Origin: Camelus dromedarius
Taxonomy: Eukaryota
Assembly: GCF_036321535.1 (NCBI RefSeq)
Contig: NC_087436.1
Location: forward strand, 88,910,001-88,974,000
Direction of reading: 5' to 3'
Length of the DNA: 64,000 bases
The notes under the pieces are model-generated. The model had not been told where the DNA came from. It saw only the letters and a list, made by a program, of their open reading frames with translations, and did not search any database. How positions within the stretch are numbered: the stretch's first letter is position 1; every line of letters starts with the position of its first letter. The position numbers and the translations under genes are program-made. Below, piece by piece: positions 38,570-51,800 of the stretch.

Positions 38570-38825
38570 GTTATGACTATGGGAATGCTGGTTACCATTC
38601 CCCGCGCACGTACCGCTCTCCAGGCTCTGCGCAGGGGCGCTGCCTTTACTGCAGATAGTTTATCATTCAACCTCCCAGGAACCTGTACAGGAGGTACGCT
38701 AATCCCCGCTCACTGAGGGCTTGGGCACGGAACAGTTCGGCGACTATCAGGTCATAGCTAACGTCAGGATCCGGATTTGAACCGCGGTCTGCGCAACGCC
38801 CGAACTTCGGTGCTTTCTCACCAAA
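38570..38825 (-). mobile_element. MIR SINE, unusually CpG-rich
   Basis: Colinear with recalled MIR consensus: ccaggctctgcgc...tttac...tcattcaacctc...ggtcatagcta...ggatttgaacc. Confidence 0.6.
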
Positions 38826-38963
38826 ACTTAGGCAGCTTCCCCGCCTGCACCAAGTGTGAGTGATCCTCACACATCGGCTTGTCTGCCTTTAGAAAACCAC
38901 TGGGAGTGGGCGTCCCCTCCCCCAGGGCTTCCTGCCCCTCCGTCTCTGCCCGCAGGGACCCAC

Positions 38964-39573
38964 CTGGGGCCGCCGCCGCCAGCAGCCGCATGACCACGGA
39001 GTCCGCGCCCTTCGTGTACACCACCACCTGGCTGGAGAGCGGGTGCCGGACCACAACGGACATCCTTTTTCTTACTGAGTCGAAGGGCAGGATGTGGAGG
39101 AGCTGAAATGTTAATGGTCCCAAAGCAGCGAAGTCCAGCACGACCTGCTCCGGAGACCGGGACCGCAGGGTGCACTGGTAAGCCCGGGCCGCGTACACCA
39201 GCGCCGCCTCATCCGGGCTCTCGGCCTCGTAGCACAGGCTGGAGGCCAAGGGCTGTCCAGGCAGGGGTTCCGCCCCGCTGTCTGTGACATCCGTGTCGCT
39301 GTTTCGTTTCTCGGTTTCGACGGGACGAGCTGAGGTACCAGAGCCCTGGGGGCTGTGGTCTGTCCGGGAGACTTCTTCCTCCACAGGTGAAGCGGGTTTC
39401 ATTCGGCTAAAGAGAGAGAGCCTGCTCACAAAGGCGTGTGGGACCCCCGACGATGGCTCCTTCCCACTGGCAAGAGATGGCGAACTCGACCTTCGGACGG
39501 ACAGTCTCTGGAAGAGGCTTTTAATCTCTTCTAGAGACTTAATGGGCATTCCACTCAGAGCAGAGAGTCCGAT
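38964..39573 (-). CDS. ATP10D: ATP10D exon 12 equivalent (nucleotide-binding domain)
   Basis: tccctag|[18 protein letters not shown]...[12 protein letters not shown]...[12 protein letters not shown]...[18 protein letters not shown]|gtgggt; 610 nt; SPDE, RKRMS and KGAD motifs. Confidence 0.97.
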
Positions 39574-40407
39574 CTAGGGAAAGATCATTTGGGAAGGTCT
39601 CAATAATACAGTCAAAAGCAGTTGATAACAACTCTGAAGTCAAACCGAAAAAAAAAAGAAAAAAAAAAAAAAAAGAGATGCGAAGAATGATCACTCCCTT
39701 AAATAGCTAGCAGCCTGCTTCTTTCTTAAACCACCAAAGATATTAATAAAAATTAAAACAGCCATGATGAAAAAGATGTGCTAATGTGGATGGCATTGTG
39801 AATTTCTACAACCATTTAGGAAGAAATCTGACGCTGACAGCAAAAGACATAAAAGGCTAATATTGCTAGCAGTGGGCATACTTATAGCAATTTTTCCTAA
39901 TGAAATAACTTAGAAAATTAATCATCTTTATTGTATGCATCCTAGCAATGACTATTTAAAAATTATAAGCAAGTTAAGTATTCAATAATAGCAAATTAGA
40001 AACATCTTCTTAAATATTATATAGTATCTAAAGTTTATAAAGATTACAGGCAAATATTGAAAAAGCTATAAAAACAGTATGAATAGTGTAAGAACAAATA
40101 AAAATGCACATTTAAAACACTGAAAGATAGCAAATCAAAAAATTAACATGTATTTTCTTTTGTTTTCCAGATTCTAAAATGGTTGCTAATATGACTTTAA
40201 AAAAATAGGCCAATAAAGTACCTTATGGAAGAATGATCAAAATCATAATATGAATTCAAATTTCTATTTTTAGAGAATTTTTTCTTGTTCATAGCCTGAT
40301 TTCTTCTAGATCTTAATTTTTATCAGTGATTAAACTTAGAACTTAATACAAATTGTAAAGACCAATTAATAGAACTCTAAAATTTTCTCACTCAGAAATG
40401 CCCAAGG

Positions 40408-40502
40408 GGTGGGTGGGTAATAACTCAGTGGTAGAGAGCAAGCTTAGCATGTATGAGGTCCTGGGTTCGATCCCCAGTGCATCCATTAAAAAGAAAGAAA
40501 GA
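40408..40502 (+). mobile_element. Vic-1-like tRNA-derived SINE, short form
   Basis: taactcagtggtagagagcaagcttagcatgtatgaggtcctgggttcgatcccca plus A-rich tail; degenerate TSD aaatgcccaagg (40396-40407) / aaacgaccaagg (40503-40514). Confidence 0.8.
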
Positions 40503-41489
40503 AAACGACCAAGGAATTAAAAAGTGTTCTCCTAATAATTATTAATGTTTTGACAGTTCGAGGGACTCATGCTGATCAATTTTCAAATTTACTGGCAACT
40601 CAGAAATGAAAAATGAAACTCTACCACAGGTGAGCTTTCTGTACTGCACGTGAATTCTATCCACTCTTTATGCTCTGCCTTTCCATCATTACCTTGAAGT
40701 AGCATGAAGCCTAGGCTCTTACAGGCCTACAGAGATTTTCTTTCAGGCCACAGAATACTATCTTCTTTGAGGATAAGGCAACAATATTTCTTAAGCAGAA
40801 ACATCAAAAGATGTCTGCATTGGAAACAGAAGTATATGAAAAAGTGTTATGTGAGGAGAAAGAAGATCCAGTGGTTTATTCTCTAACTGCATCATCAGTT
40901 TTCAAAGAGAAAATTACTAGTCGAAATCTTACAAAGAGACAGTTTCTGATCAAATGATAACTTAATGGGAATTAAATTATTTTTATGTTAAAACTGACCA
41001 CCTCTGAAGTTGCCAAAAGAAAATGATCTGAGGGATAACTAAAACTGAATTGGGCTGTGCTGCAGATTGAGTTTTCAGTGGATGTGAGCAAAAGGGGAGA
41101 CGGTCACACTCAAGGTAGGTAACATAGCAAGTAGTGAATCACCTGTCTCTACAACAAGTTTTTCTTTTTAACTGAAAGTGAATTTTCCATGAATTCTAAG
41201 CGACAAAATAGACTTTAAAAATCTAGCTTGTCGGGGAACTGCAGAACCTTGGTATATTACAGATGTGCTGGACTGAGTTTAAATGAACACGACGGGTACA
41301 TGAAAAGGTACATGATCATCAAACTTAATAAGGACTCCAATACTTTGTATTTTGCTTGATGTAGCACATATGCTGGAGGTCTCAGGAGGATCAGAGAAAG
41401 CTTCAGTTTGGTAAGGAAACTAAAGCAAGATGAACAGAGTCACATGTCCCAAGACCTGCTCTCATCAGCTATCCTTCCAAACAGTCTGG

Positions 41490-41720
41490 CAGCACTGAGT
41501 CAGACTTCCTGGGTTCAACCCCACCTCCCTCACAAACTGATCCTGTGACCCTGGGCAAGTCACTGAAGCTCAGCTGTAAAATGGGGGATAGCAGAGGAAT
41601 GGTACCTAGTTCATGGGGCTGCTGGGAGGATTAAACATATTAATACCTGTAAATCACTTAGAACATCATTAAGATCAGAGCACAGATTAAGCAACGCATA
41701 AATGTCACCTGTTACTATTA
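41490..41720 (+). mobile_element. MIR SINE
   Basis: cctgggttcaacccc...tgtgaccctgggcaagtcact...ctgtaaaatgggg...aggattaaa. Confidence 0.8.
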
Positions 41721-41814
41721 CTAATTATTCCACACAGCAAGACCACATAACAAGTATATTTATACCCAAAGTTCTCTTCTGGAAGGTGACCCCTGTTTGC
41801 ATTAGAGACCTTAC

Positions 41815-42003
41815 CTTCTGCCGTGGTTGGTTAGGAGCAGAAACCACTACTGTGTTGCAGATTGCCAACGCAATAAAGAAGTCGATGATGTACAGAGCCT
41901 CCAGGGGTGGGTCTTGGGTGGTCTCATCCAGTGAGGCCAAAAGCTGGGGTGTGATCTGACTAAACTTGTCCAAGAGCCTTGTGTCTGGTACCACGTCAGT
42001 TTC
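41815..42003 (-). CDS. ATP10D: ATP10D exon 11 equivalent
   Basis: ttttcag|ETDVVPDTRLLDKF...DFFIALAICNTVVVSAPNQPRQK|gtaagg; 189 nt. Confidence 0.96.
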
Positions 42004-45000
42004 CTGAAAAATCCAGCAAGACACAGTGTTGTTACAACAAGCACCTAAAAGTGTGAGATGGCTAAAGTACATGAGATAATGAGTGAGATGCAACCAGCAC
42101 AACAGAAACCCACATGATGCAATGTTCCTTTCCCTTCTCAAATGACACACTCATCTTCAGACAGGTTACCAGGCTCACAATAGGTTCTAAAGGGCCCGGT
42201 TTTCTGGTGTCACGAAGCATTCTTAAATTTCTATCTAAACACATCAACATCTACTGTTCTGTGATATGTGACTTAGCAAAATTTGAGTCTTGTTGAGGTT
42301 GATGGAGTTCATAGGCACTGGTAACGTGATGGCCGTTCATTAATGAGTCACAATATTTCCTCACGAGTCTCACACATAGTAACGCTGTGCCATGCCTGTG
42401 CTGGCCCTCAGTTACTCAGAGAACCACCCTTTCCTCAAGGATCTTCTTGCCAAAGTCAGCAGAAGAAAGTGGCAAAGTCTAACACTTCTCTCTCGCTTGA
42501 TGCTTGGGAAGCTTATTGCGTGGTGTCGGTGAAGACCTGTGATCATACTGTCATCTAGTGAGTGAGAGACGCCATGAGTTGGAGCAACATTTCCAGAGGC
42601 ATCCTTCTCAGAACGTTTATAGATATCAAACAAAACCCCAAAGAGTTCCATACTGGAATACGTTTAAGAAATGTTTCAACAGGTCGCTTTACTGCAGCAC
42701 CTCTAAGAGCATTTAATGGGTACCAGGAAATCTCCAAGAAGCAGCTAGTATGCACAGACTTCTCCCAATTTTTTTTTTTTCAGAGACATTTATTCTCAGG
42801 AACATGATTAGTAGTTGGAGACCTCAGAAGCAAATAGTGTTTTCATTGTAGCAATGATCTCCACCTTGACTAATAACTGGCTTCAGGACATGAGGACCCT
42901 ACTGCAATTTGAAGTCAATCTAAGACTGATGAAAGATTTATAATTTCTGTCTTTGTGAAAAATGCTATGGACCTGAGTCAATCTAATATGTCATTCGGAG
43001 AATTTATGAACCTGTGTGTGACCAGGAGAATTGAAAAAGAGATACTGGAGCTGACCAAAGCTGGGGCTCTGGTCAGCAACAATGTGCTTATAAGAAGTAT
43101 CGTCAGAAGAAATCTGAGAAACTCAGGACCATACAAGATCCCAAAAGCATCATAAAATAATATATAAAAGAAGAGCCCAGAAGAAGATTTAAGGAAAGAT
43201 CCGTATCAGAATGAGGCTGTGGGGATAGAACATTCCTCCCCTTTAGTTGGTGACTCTAAAATAAGTTAATCCCTAGTGACTAAGATATTTCGTTGCTGAA
43301 TTGAGGAGAGTGTATAGAGTTATCACATGCAATTCTTACCTGTAAGACCACAGGTGTTTTTCCTAAGATCTAAATCTTCCTCATGGAGACATTTTATTAC
43401 AAAATCAACTTTTGCTCTTTCTTCCTGTGATGCATAGCTCTGCCTTCTCTGAAGTCCTATTACCCCAAGACCCAGGCCCACACCATCCTGCTTTAGATGA
43501 TCGCATGTGTATGTACTTCTCTCCCCAAAGTCTGTAGCTCCTTTAAAGGAAAGACCTTATCTTATAGGTTTCTGGATCCCTAACTCAGTACCTGGCACAT
43601 GGACAAGCTTATTGTCGTACGTTACCATCAAATACTTGCTGGGTTTATCCTCCATCAAGAAAGGGGCAGAGAAACATTAAGAAAATGTTACTCTTTAGAA
43701 AACAAATCCATAAACCGCTCCCATTTGGCCTTAAAGAGACATTTTTATTTTTTTCCTAATGCAGGGAAAATGTATCCTCCTAACCAGAATACCGAGCACA
43801 ATGTGGACCACTTCCCATAATTAAATTAAGCCTTATCTGTTTCATGGTGGGAGTCCAGCATCTTTGTCCTCATCTTAGGTAACACCTAGCTATTTGAAAT
43901 TTTAGGTTTGCCACCATCATTCATATTATCCCTTTCTACCAGGCTGCAGACTTCACATTCTCCTTCCTCCCTGTCATCCTCCCTCCCCTTTCTTTCTTTT
44001 TTTACCCCAATACAAATCAGAATTAAATAATCAAACACTGGCCAAGACTCCTCTCTGCTCTCTCAGACTGTCAGACAAAGCTTTTGGGTCGCCTTACTAT
44101 ATAATGAATATTAAGTTTGTTTTAAAACTGGAGTGATCAGGACGCACTTTAATTGTTTAGGCAAAATCTAAAACGCCCAAGGCTTAGTAAGGGACAAAGA
44201 TACTGTGCGCGTGAGAGAGCGAGCTGACTGAGCTCTAACACCGCGCCCCGCTCCTCCCCTACTTCTACCTGTCCCCGGACAGGTACACCTGTTTTTATTT
44301 CATTTCCCACCACCACCTTCACTCCAGTCTTAGGGACTCACGCCTCCATCTGGACAACTTTGACTTAAATATAGACACACAACTGTCTTCTTCCTCAGAT
44401 TCCTAAATACCACAGACCTGAAGGAAAAAGACAAAGGCCAATACCCACCATGGACAGCTCCTCTTCTACATGACGTCCTCCCCAGCCCTGCGGTTCCAAG
44501 CCTGTGCACACGCTACATGCTGTCTGCCCCAGTGCTCTTCCTTCTTTTTCTGTAAACCCCTACTCATTAGTTTAATCATAAATCAAGCTTTACCTCTTTT
44601 GTGCAGCCTTTTTTCATCCCTCCTCATCACTTAGAGTTGATCACTCGCTTCTGTGTCCTTTCCATACTCTGGATTTACTAGCATGACTGCATCTTTAATG
44701 CAGGATTATCTTTACTTACTAATATATCCTCTACCCAGAACAAAGCTGAGGAATGGGGGCATGTCTTATTCATTTTGTATCCCAGTGTCTAGTACTGTGT
44801 CACTGTCTTCTGCTAATTGAGTAACTGACTCACTCATTCCATAAGTATTTATTGTTGATCTGTGGCGTCAGGCACTCCTCAAGGAGAGAGGGGTGCACAG
44901 AACAGATGGGATTCTGGGTATATGGAATTCGTATTTTAGGTGGGGGAGACTGCAGATCCAAAACACTAACCTATCAACAAATAGGTAAGATGCTTCTAGA

Positions 45001-46027
45001 GTGAGACAGGAGTTGGGAGGATGGAATGTACTTTGGATTAGTGAGCAGTAAGGTTTACTAAGGAGGTGACACCTGAGCTAAGAAAAGCCCTGGATGACTG
45101 GTGGTGAAATGATCGTCCTAGTTGCTGAAATTGCACATCTGTTGGAACTTTGAAAAGAGCCAGATTCCTCTCAAGCCCTTTCCAGGACAAATGAGATCCC
45201 CGGGGTCTACTGAGATCACATCTCTACTAGGAGATTCATACACAAATTCAATATAGAAACACAAAGGCTCCCCAAGGCTAATTCGTTCTTGTTATGTCAC
45301 CCATTTCAAGAGGTCACCAACTGGTTATCAATCTCATGGCTGGGGAATCCTCATCTTGGCAAAACACAATAGTTAATGAAATGTGGAGAGCAGGGGAGGT
45401 AGCTGAAATTTTATAGAAGCAACTTTAAGTACAGCCAAACTTTGACTTCTGATTCTTTCACACAAGTATTTTCCTCTTTCCCATCTCCTACATGGCCCTC
45501 TCTCTCTTCTCCTCCTTGGGATTCAAGAACACACCCTGTTGAGCTCTCATATGGAACTATTAGAAAAATGACCTTCTGAGGACTAGGAATGGGGAAGAGG
45601 ACACAGGTTTGGTGGGATTTGGGGGAAGATTACAAAGAGATAAAAAAAGGCCTTGAGGATACCAAAAGGCCTTTGAATTTCCCTATCAATCAGATATACT
45701 TACCTGTCTATGAGATACCTCCGGTAAGGTTTGCTGGTTCTGAGAGGGAGCCATGATCCTCAAACCAAGGCAGCCTTTTCCAGGCTCACACATGATCAAT
45801 CCTGATCAGAAATATTATGTTTTTTCAGAAGTGACATACTCTTTCTCAACACTGAATTCTCTCCAGAATTAGGAAGCTGGAATGTGTGGCAATCACACTG
45901 ACCTGCAATTATGCAGTCTCTTCCCAGCTAGAAAAGACAGCGGTGTTTGGCTCTATTCTAATCAGAAGGTTGTTCCTTCCTTATTCACCGTGGACATACG
46001 AGATTCAAGTCACGCATTCACACTTAC

Positions 46028-46266
46028 AATGGGGCTACTGAAAGCAGCCTGTCTGGAATGAGGCCCTTCACTGGCTCCTTCTCCATTTCCTGAAGCAGAA
46101 CAGCTCCCAGTGAGATGATTTGAGGATTTACTTCCCAAAGGCCCATTATGAACTGTCCTGCAGCTGGGGGCCCTTGGTTTCACCATACTGACGAGGGAGC
46201 CACTGGGAGGGCCTGCAGCATCTTCATCTTCAGAGACAGCTTCCTGATAGGACTCCAACCTCCTGG
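46028..46266 (-). CDS. ATP10D: ATP10D exon 10 equivalent
   Basis: ccctcag|(A)RRLESYQEAVSEDED...SRQAAFSSPI|gtaagt; 239 nt. Confidence 0.95.
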
Positions 46267-46339
46267 CTGAGGGATAAAAATCACCCTGGGTCACTACCTG
46301 AGAAGGATCACTTGAAAGTTGAATACATCAGGCATTTAC

Positions 46340-48250
46340 TATTTCTCACCATCTCCTCCCTTTTTAAAGTTGGCCTTCAAACTCCTCCAATACTCACAGT
46401 TAATGCACTTACCTTACGGAGAAAAGTAGAAGCAATCAGAGAGGAACGCCCTTCTTTTTCCATTATCGAATCTACCAGCCTATCTGCACTGTACCAAACT
46501 CTGTGTCCCTCCCACTACTACGGATAAAGCTTCGAATGTCAAACCCTCTGCTTGTGATCTGGGTCCCGGCTCCAGCGTTCTCAAGGGCTTCACCCTCACC
46601 ACTCTCCCCTCTCTCACATACACCAATACCTCCTCGATGGATCTCAATGCTTTCTGTCCCCGTCTCTGCACTGACACTGCTCTTGTCAAGGCTGTCAACG
46701 AGCTCTGTGTTACTGACACCACTGAGTGCCTCTGTTTGTATCTTAGACGAACTCTTAGCAATAGCCAACATTCTCTTCTTAAAATGTCCCCTTCTGGTTT
46801 CTTGTACACTACGTATACCTGTTTTTCTTCCTACTTGAGTGCTACTGCATCTTAGTTTTTCTATCTGTCTCTTCTTCTCCTCAGCTCTCAAATATTGGAC
46901 TGCTGCAGGAGCTCCTTCCCTTCCCAACTACGTCCTTTTCTTTGGTGATGTCATTTGGTCTCACCTTTGAAATTTCATCTCTGTGCACATGATCGCCAAA
47001 CCTGTTCCTTCAACTTTGACCCCTCATTAGAATCTAGATGCATATATCCAACTCTCTGCTTGACACTTCCAGTTGGATATCGGGGAGGCTCTTCGAGCAG
47101 ATACCTGCACGGCTCACTCTCCTACCTCCTTCAAGTCTCCTATCGTATCCCTTTGTCAGTGAAGACTTCCCAGATCTAACCACACTATTTATTATACATC
47201 CTATCCCACCACTCACCACCATCTACACATCTTTTTATTTTTCGAATCATCTAGTAGAATATAAACTCCAAAAGTACAGAGAGTTTTGTCTTTTGTCAAT
47301 ACAATATTCCTAGAGCCCAAAACAATGGTTGATAGCTACTCAATAAACACCCGTTGAATAAATAAATAATGGACATCTTAAATTTGATACGGTAAATGCA
47401 GGGTGCTCCCTCTCCTCCCCCAACCCTTCAAACCTACTTTTTCTTTGGTCTTTCTCATCTTTGCAAATGGCATCTAAATATCTACCTAGTTATTTATACC
47501 AAAAAATCTAGGATTCTCCTTGATTTGTCTTTTCTTCCCTACCCCCATTTTTAAAGCATCACTAGTAACTGTCTATTATTCATGCCAAATATATCCCAAG
47601 TATCTCAACTTCTCTCCATCTCCATCACCTTAATCCAAGCCATCATCTCTCAATTTGACCAGAGCAATAGCCTCATAACTAGTCTCCCTGCCCCTCTGCA
47701 ATCCGCTCCTCAAATGGTAGCTAGAGAGATCTTCCTAAAAGATACAGCAGATCAGACCACTCCCTGCACACAACTTTTCAGTGGCTACGTAATTCTCTTA
47801 GAATAAAATCTGAACTCCTTATCCTGGCTTATAGAACTCAAAGCGATCTGGCCTCTACTGACCTAACTTTCTTGCCCCTCCTTTTCTGCATTTCCACTAA
47901 AATCCCAGCCTCACTGGCCTTTCTTTCTTTATTCTGAAAATTGTCAAGCTCATTTCAGTCCTAGGGCCTCTCTACTAGCTGCTGCCTTTGACTGGAAGGC
48001 TTTTTCCTCTGAATTTAAAGATCATGCCATTCAGATCTAGGCTCTGATATTCCACCTTTGAGAAGACTTGCTCGACCATCTAATCTTTCTATATCTTATC
48101 ACCACATTTAAATTCTCTGCTAAGCACTTCTCACTATTTAATATTTTTCTTGATTTAAAGTAATTTCTTTGTGATGATTTTCTCCAACAGAAGCTCTGTG
48201 AGAACCTGGGCCTTGTTTATCACTATGGCCAGGGTCTATAGTACACTGTA
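46340..48250 (+). mobile_element. LINE-2 fragments (ORF2/RT remnant and 3' ends)
   Basis: ctgctcttgtcaaggctgtcaac (RT region), atatccaactctctgcttgacac, tcaataaacacccgttgaataaataaat. Confidence 0.75.
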
Positions 48251-49683
48251 GACAATCAAAAAAATACGCGCTTGTTGGATTGCTAGTTGTCTGTACTCAG
48301 TCCAGGTCTAGCTACTAAATAAAGTATGGCTTTCAGCAAGTTAATTTGTAAAATAAAGAATATTTGCATATCCTATTTATTTTAGTAATTTGTGTCTGTA
48401 TTTTTTAAGGACAAGGAGACTAAGAGGCAACATGAGGTTCTGGGGTCTGGAACTAACTCTTCCAAAGAGTTACGCATTTCAGCAAGTCACTTGCCTTCTC
48501 TGGGGCTCTGTTTTCGCAGCGGCAGAATGAACAACGTGGACTCCATGACTTCAATATCTTTTCCAATTCTGCAGTTCTACGAGTGCCATTATAGTCTCTG
48601 CCTAAAATATACAGACTGTATCCCTGTATGACTTTTCAGCTTCAAAAACCAATTTACTTATTGTGCCTCAAACATGGTGAAGTTCTCCAGTCTCATCTGT
48701 GCCTTTGCTTAAGATACCCATTCTCTTCCTTTGTACTTGCATCAATCCTGAACGTCTTTAATGGGTTAGTTCCCATGCCAGTTCCTCAAGGAAGACCTCT
48801 GCAACTGTACTGGCTCTCACCTGTACCACTCATTGATACCACTTCAGAGCATCCATGCGCTACTGAATGTTACTATGTGCCAGGTATTTGTCTCATTTAA
48901 TCTCTGTCACAATCCTATGAGGTAGATATCATTAATACCCCCATTTTAGAAATAAAGAAATCAAAACTAAGCAACTTTCCCCATCTCACAAAAGTGATAC
49001 AGTTTTAGATCCAGTTCTGTTAAATTCCACAGCCGACATTCTGAGTCTTCATGCTATACTGTTTCTAAATATAGCCAAAAAAGTTAAGATGCATTATTCC
49101 TTATTATTTCACATGGTTAATATCTCCTGCTTGATTTCAATGAGTTTATGTTTTGTACTTTAAATATTTATTATATGAATAATGAGTGAGTGTATTAATA
49201 GACGTATGAATAAAATACCCCTAACATCAAGGGAAAGATATGGGGTAGGAAATTAACACTTACTAAGTACCTCTTTTTCATCAAGCACCTTGCTAGGTCC
49301 TTTATTTTTAATTTATTATTATTATTATTATTTCCTTCCTTTCTCACATTTCCCTTACTTTGATAACCCTTGGCCACCTGGCCAGGGCTGTTGCCTCTGA
49401 CTGTGAAGGCTGTGATCAGTCCCTTATATAAACAACTGTATCTAATTATACCTATATATTTTGTTTTCATCTTAAAAATAATGCTATCAGGTAGAAACTC
49501 TCACTGCTCCACTTTGCAGCCGAGGAGACTAAGATCCAGAAAGATTAAGTACTCTGACCGTGGTTAAACAGTTAGTTGGGGGCAGAGTTGGGATGTGAAT
49601 TTAGATTTTCAGGAATCCAAAGTCAGTTTGTATATCCACTACATTATCCGACCTTAGCAGTTACTTGTATATATGTATATACG

Positions 49684-49897
49684 AGTGATTCTCCACAAGG
49701 GGTGAATTTGCACCCCAGCAAACGTTTGGCAATGCCTGTAGACACTTTTGGTTGTTACAGCTGGGGGAGGAGTGCTACCCACATGCAGTGTGCAAAGGCC
49801 AAGGATGCTTCTAAACACCATGTCATGCACAGGCCAGCTCCCCCAAGAGAAGTGTTCCAGCCCAAAATGTCAACAGTGCTGAGGCTGATTAATCCTC
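49684..49897. mobile_element. MER20 hAT-Charlie MITE
   Basis: tttggcaatgcctgtagacacttttggttgttacagctgggg...ggccaaggatgct...cccaaaatgtcaacagtgctgagg. Confidence 0.85.
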
Positions 49898-51409
49898 AAG
49901 TAGCTAAAGAAATTTATCAATGATGTGATACCATTTTAAAACAAATAATTAAAATACACACAACATATATAAACATGAAGGCTGTGCTTCAGGCATTTCT
50001 CGTGGCCATCATTAAGGAAACCGGCCATCATGCAACGGCGTGGTTAGTGTAAGGCCAGCGAGCTCAGCTGTTAACTGTAGGACAAACCTGCTTAATAAGT
50101 AGAACTGTAACAGTGAAATCAAGAAAATATGGAGGAACTCAACTTTCAGTCGCTTTGTGGAGAGCCAGGAGAAGTAAACAGACCAGTAAAGTTATAATGT
50201 GACTCAGAAAACAAAGCTACCAGAGCTTTACTTCAGTGGGGAAAAAAGAGAGTTTAAAAACTGGGTACGAGAAGGAAAGGTTTATTATTGTACTGATAAA
50301 CAAAATCTATCCAAATGATCATGAAGATACTTAGTGAGTCCCTTAAAGTAGATTCCATTTACTTCCAGGAGTGCCTCAGCATAGCACAGGGATTCCTGCC
50401 TTCCAGCTCCTAAGAGGGAACATCCGAAGTCTGTGATCTTTCCTCTGTCTTAGGTGGGTACTACATTAGGTACTAGATTAGCCACTTTATTTCTCTTTCT
50501 TACTTAATCCCTCATCTGCCTTCTCTTCCATTCTCCTCTTCAAATATCCAGTAAGCTGTTTATGGCCTATTATTTACATGTATTTGATATCTAGAAGAAT
50601 GAGCATGAGATGATGGAACAAAACATTTATCACCCAGGAAATGTGCTCTCCCAAAGGCCAAAAGCAAAGGTGAACAGCACAGGACACTCAGATAAACTTC
50701 TTTCAACTGTTCCATCTGCATATCTTCCATCAAACATTTTGCTATGGACTAATCCCCCGAACATTTCCAGCATTTCAACTTTTGCCTGCTTTTAAACAGC
50801 ACACTCAAGCTGAGCCTCTTTCAACTGTATCAACCACATATCCCTGATACAAAACCTCTTACTCTAGACTAATTCCTCGTACATTTCTAGCACTCCAAGA
50901 ATTTCTTGTCCAATATCCTTCAAGCCCTAAACCTTGATCAGTGCAAGTCCACCTCTAAAACTGACTGCCTGAAAATCAAAACAACATGCAGAGAACACTG
51001 ACTTTAATCATATGACACTTAAAAAGGTATTTTTATGGTTTCATGTCTATCTCCCACATTGGACCATGAGTTCCTCAAAAGACAAGCCTATTTCTTATTT
51101 TGACAACAATTATGGCAACAATAATAATAGCAGCTAATACTTATAAAAGAGTTTATTATATGCCATGCTCTAAGTACCTCTACATAACATCTCTCATCCT
51201 CTGAACCACCCAGTAAGTAGACACCATTACTGATCCTTACATCGTGGCCCAGAGAAATTATGTAACCTGCCCAGGGTCACACAGCTTGTAGGCAGTGAAT
51301 ATGAGAATCAGATTCAGAAGGCCTGTTTCTAATATCCTTGTTCTTGGAAACTACTAAATGCTTCCACCATGTACATCAGATTCACCAACTGTGCATCACA
51401 AAGACACTC

Positions 51410-51800
51410 TGCAGGCAAATCCAAATTAAGGGACATTCTACAAAATCCCTGAATAGTGCTCCTTAGAACTCTTAAGGTCATCCAAAAAAAGGGAAAGTCT
51501 GAGAAACTGTCAAATCGAGAGGCACCTAAATGATGACTAAGTTTTATGTGGTTTCCTGGATGGGATCCTGGGACAGAAGAAATCTATCAGGTAAAAACCA
51601 AGGAAATCTGAATAAAGTATGGATTTCAGTTAATAATGATGTATCAGCATTGGTTTATTACTTATGACAAATGTATCTTAAGACTAATGTAAGATGTTAA
51701 TGATGGGAAACTGGGCAAGGGAGTGTTCTGGAACTCTCAAAAAGAACTTTGTAACTTTTCTGTAAATCTAAAACTATTCTAAACTAAAAAGTATATTATT
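51410..51800 (+). mobile_element. Old L1 (L1MC-like) 3' UTR fragment
   Basis: caaatccaaattaagggacattctacaaaat...aacttttctgtaaatctaaaactattctaaa. Confidence 0.7.

Noticed and set aside
38188..38670. 160-aa - strand ORF and other ORFs overlapping exons 12-13
   Set aside because: By-product of stop-poor GC-rich sequence; alternative frames or antisense of real exons.
40408..40485. Second tRNA-like sequence
   Set aside because: Same SINE family, with A-rich tail and TSD remnant.
46472..46927. 151-aa and overlapping ORFs
   Set aside because: Lie within degenerate LINE-2 sequence.
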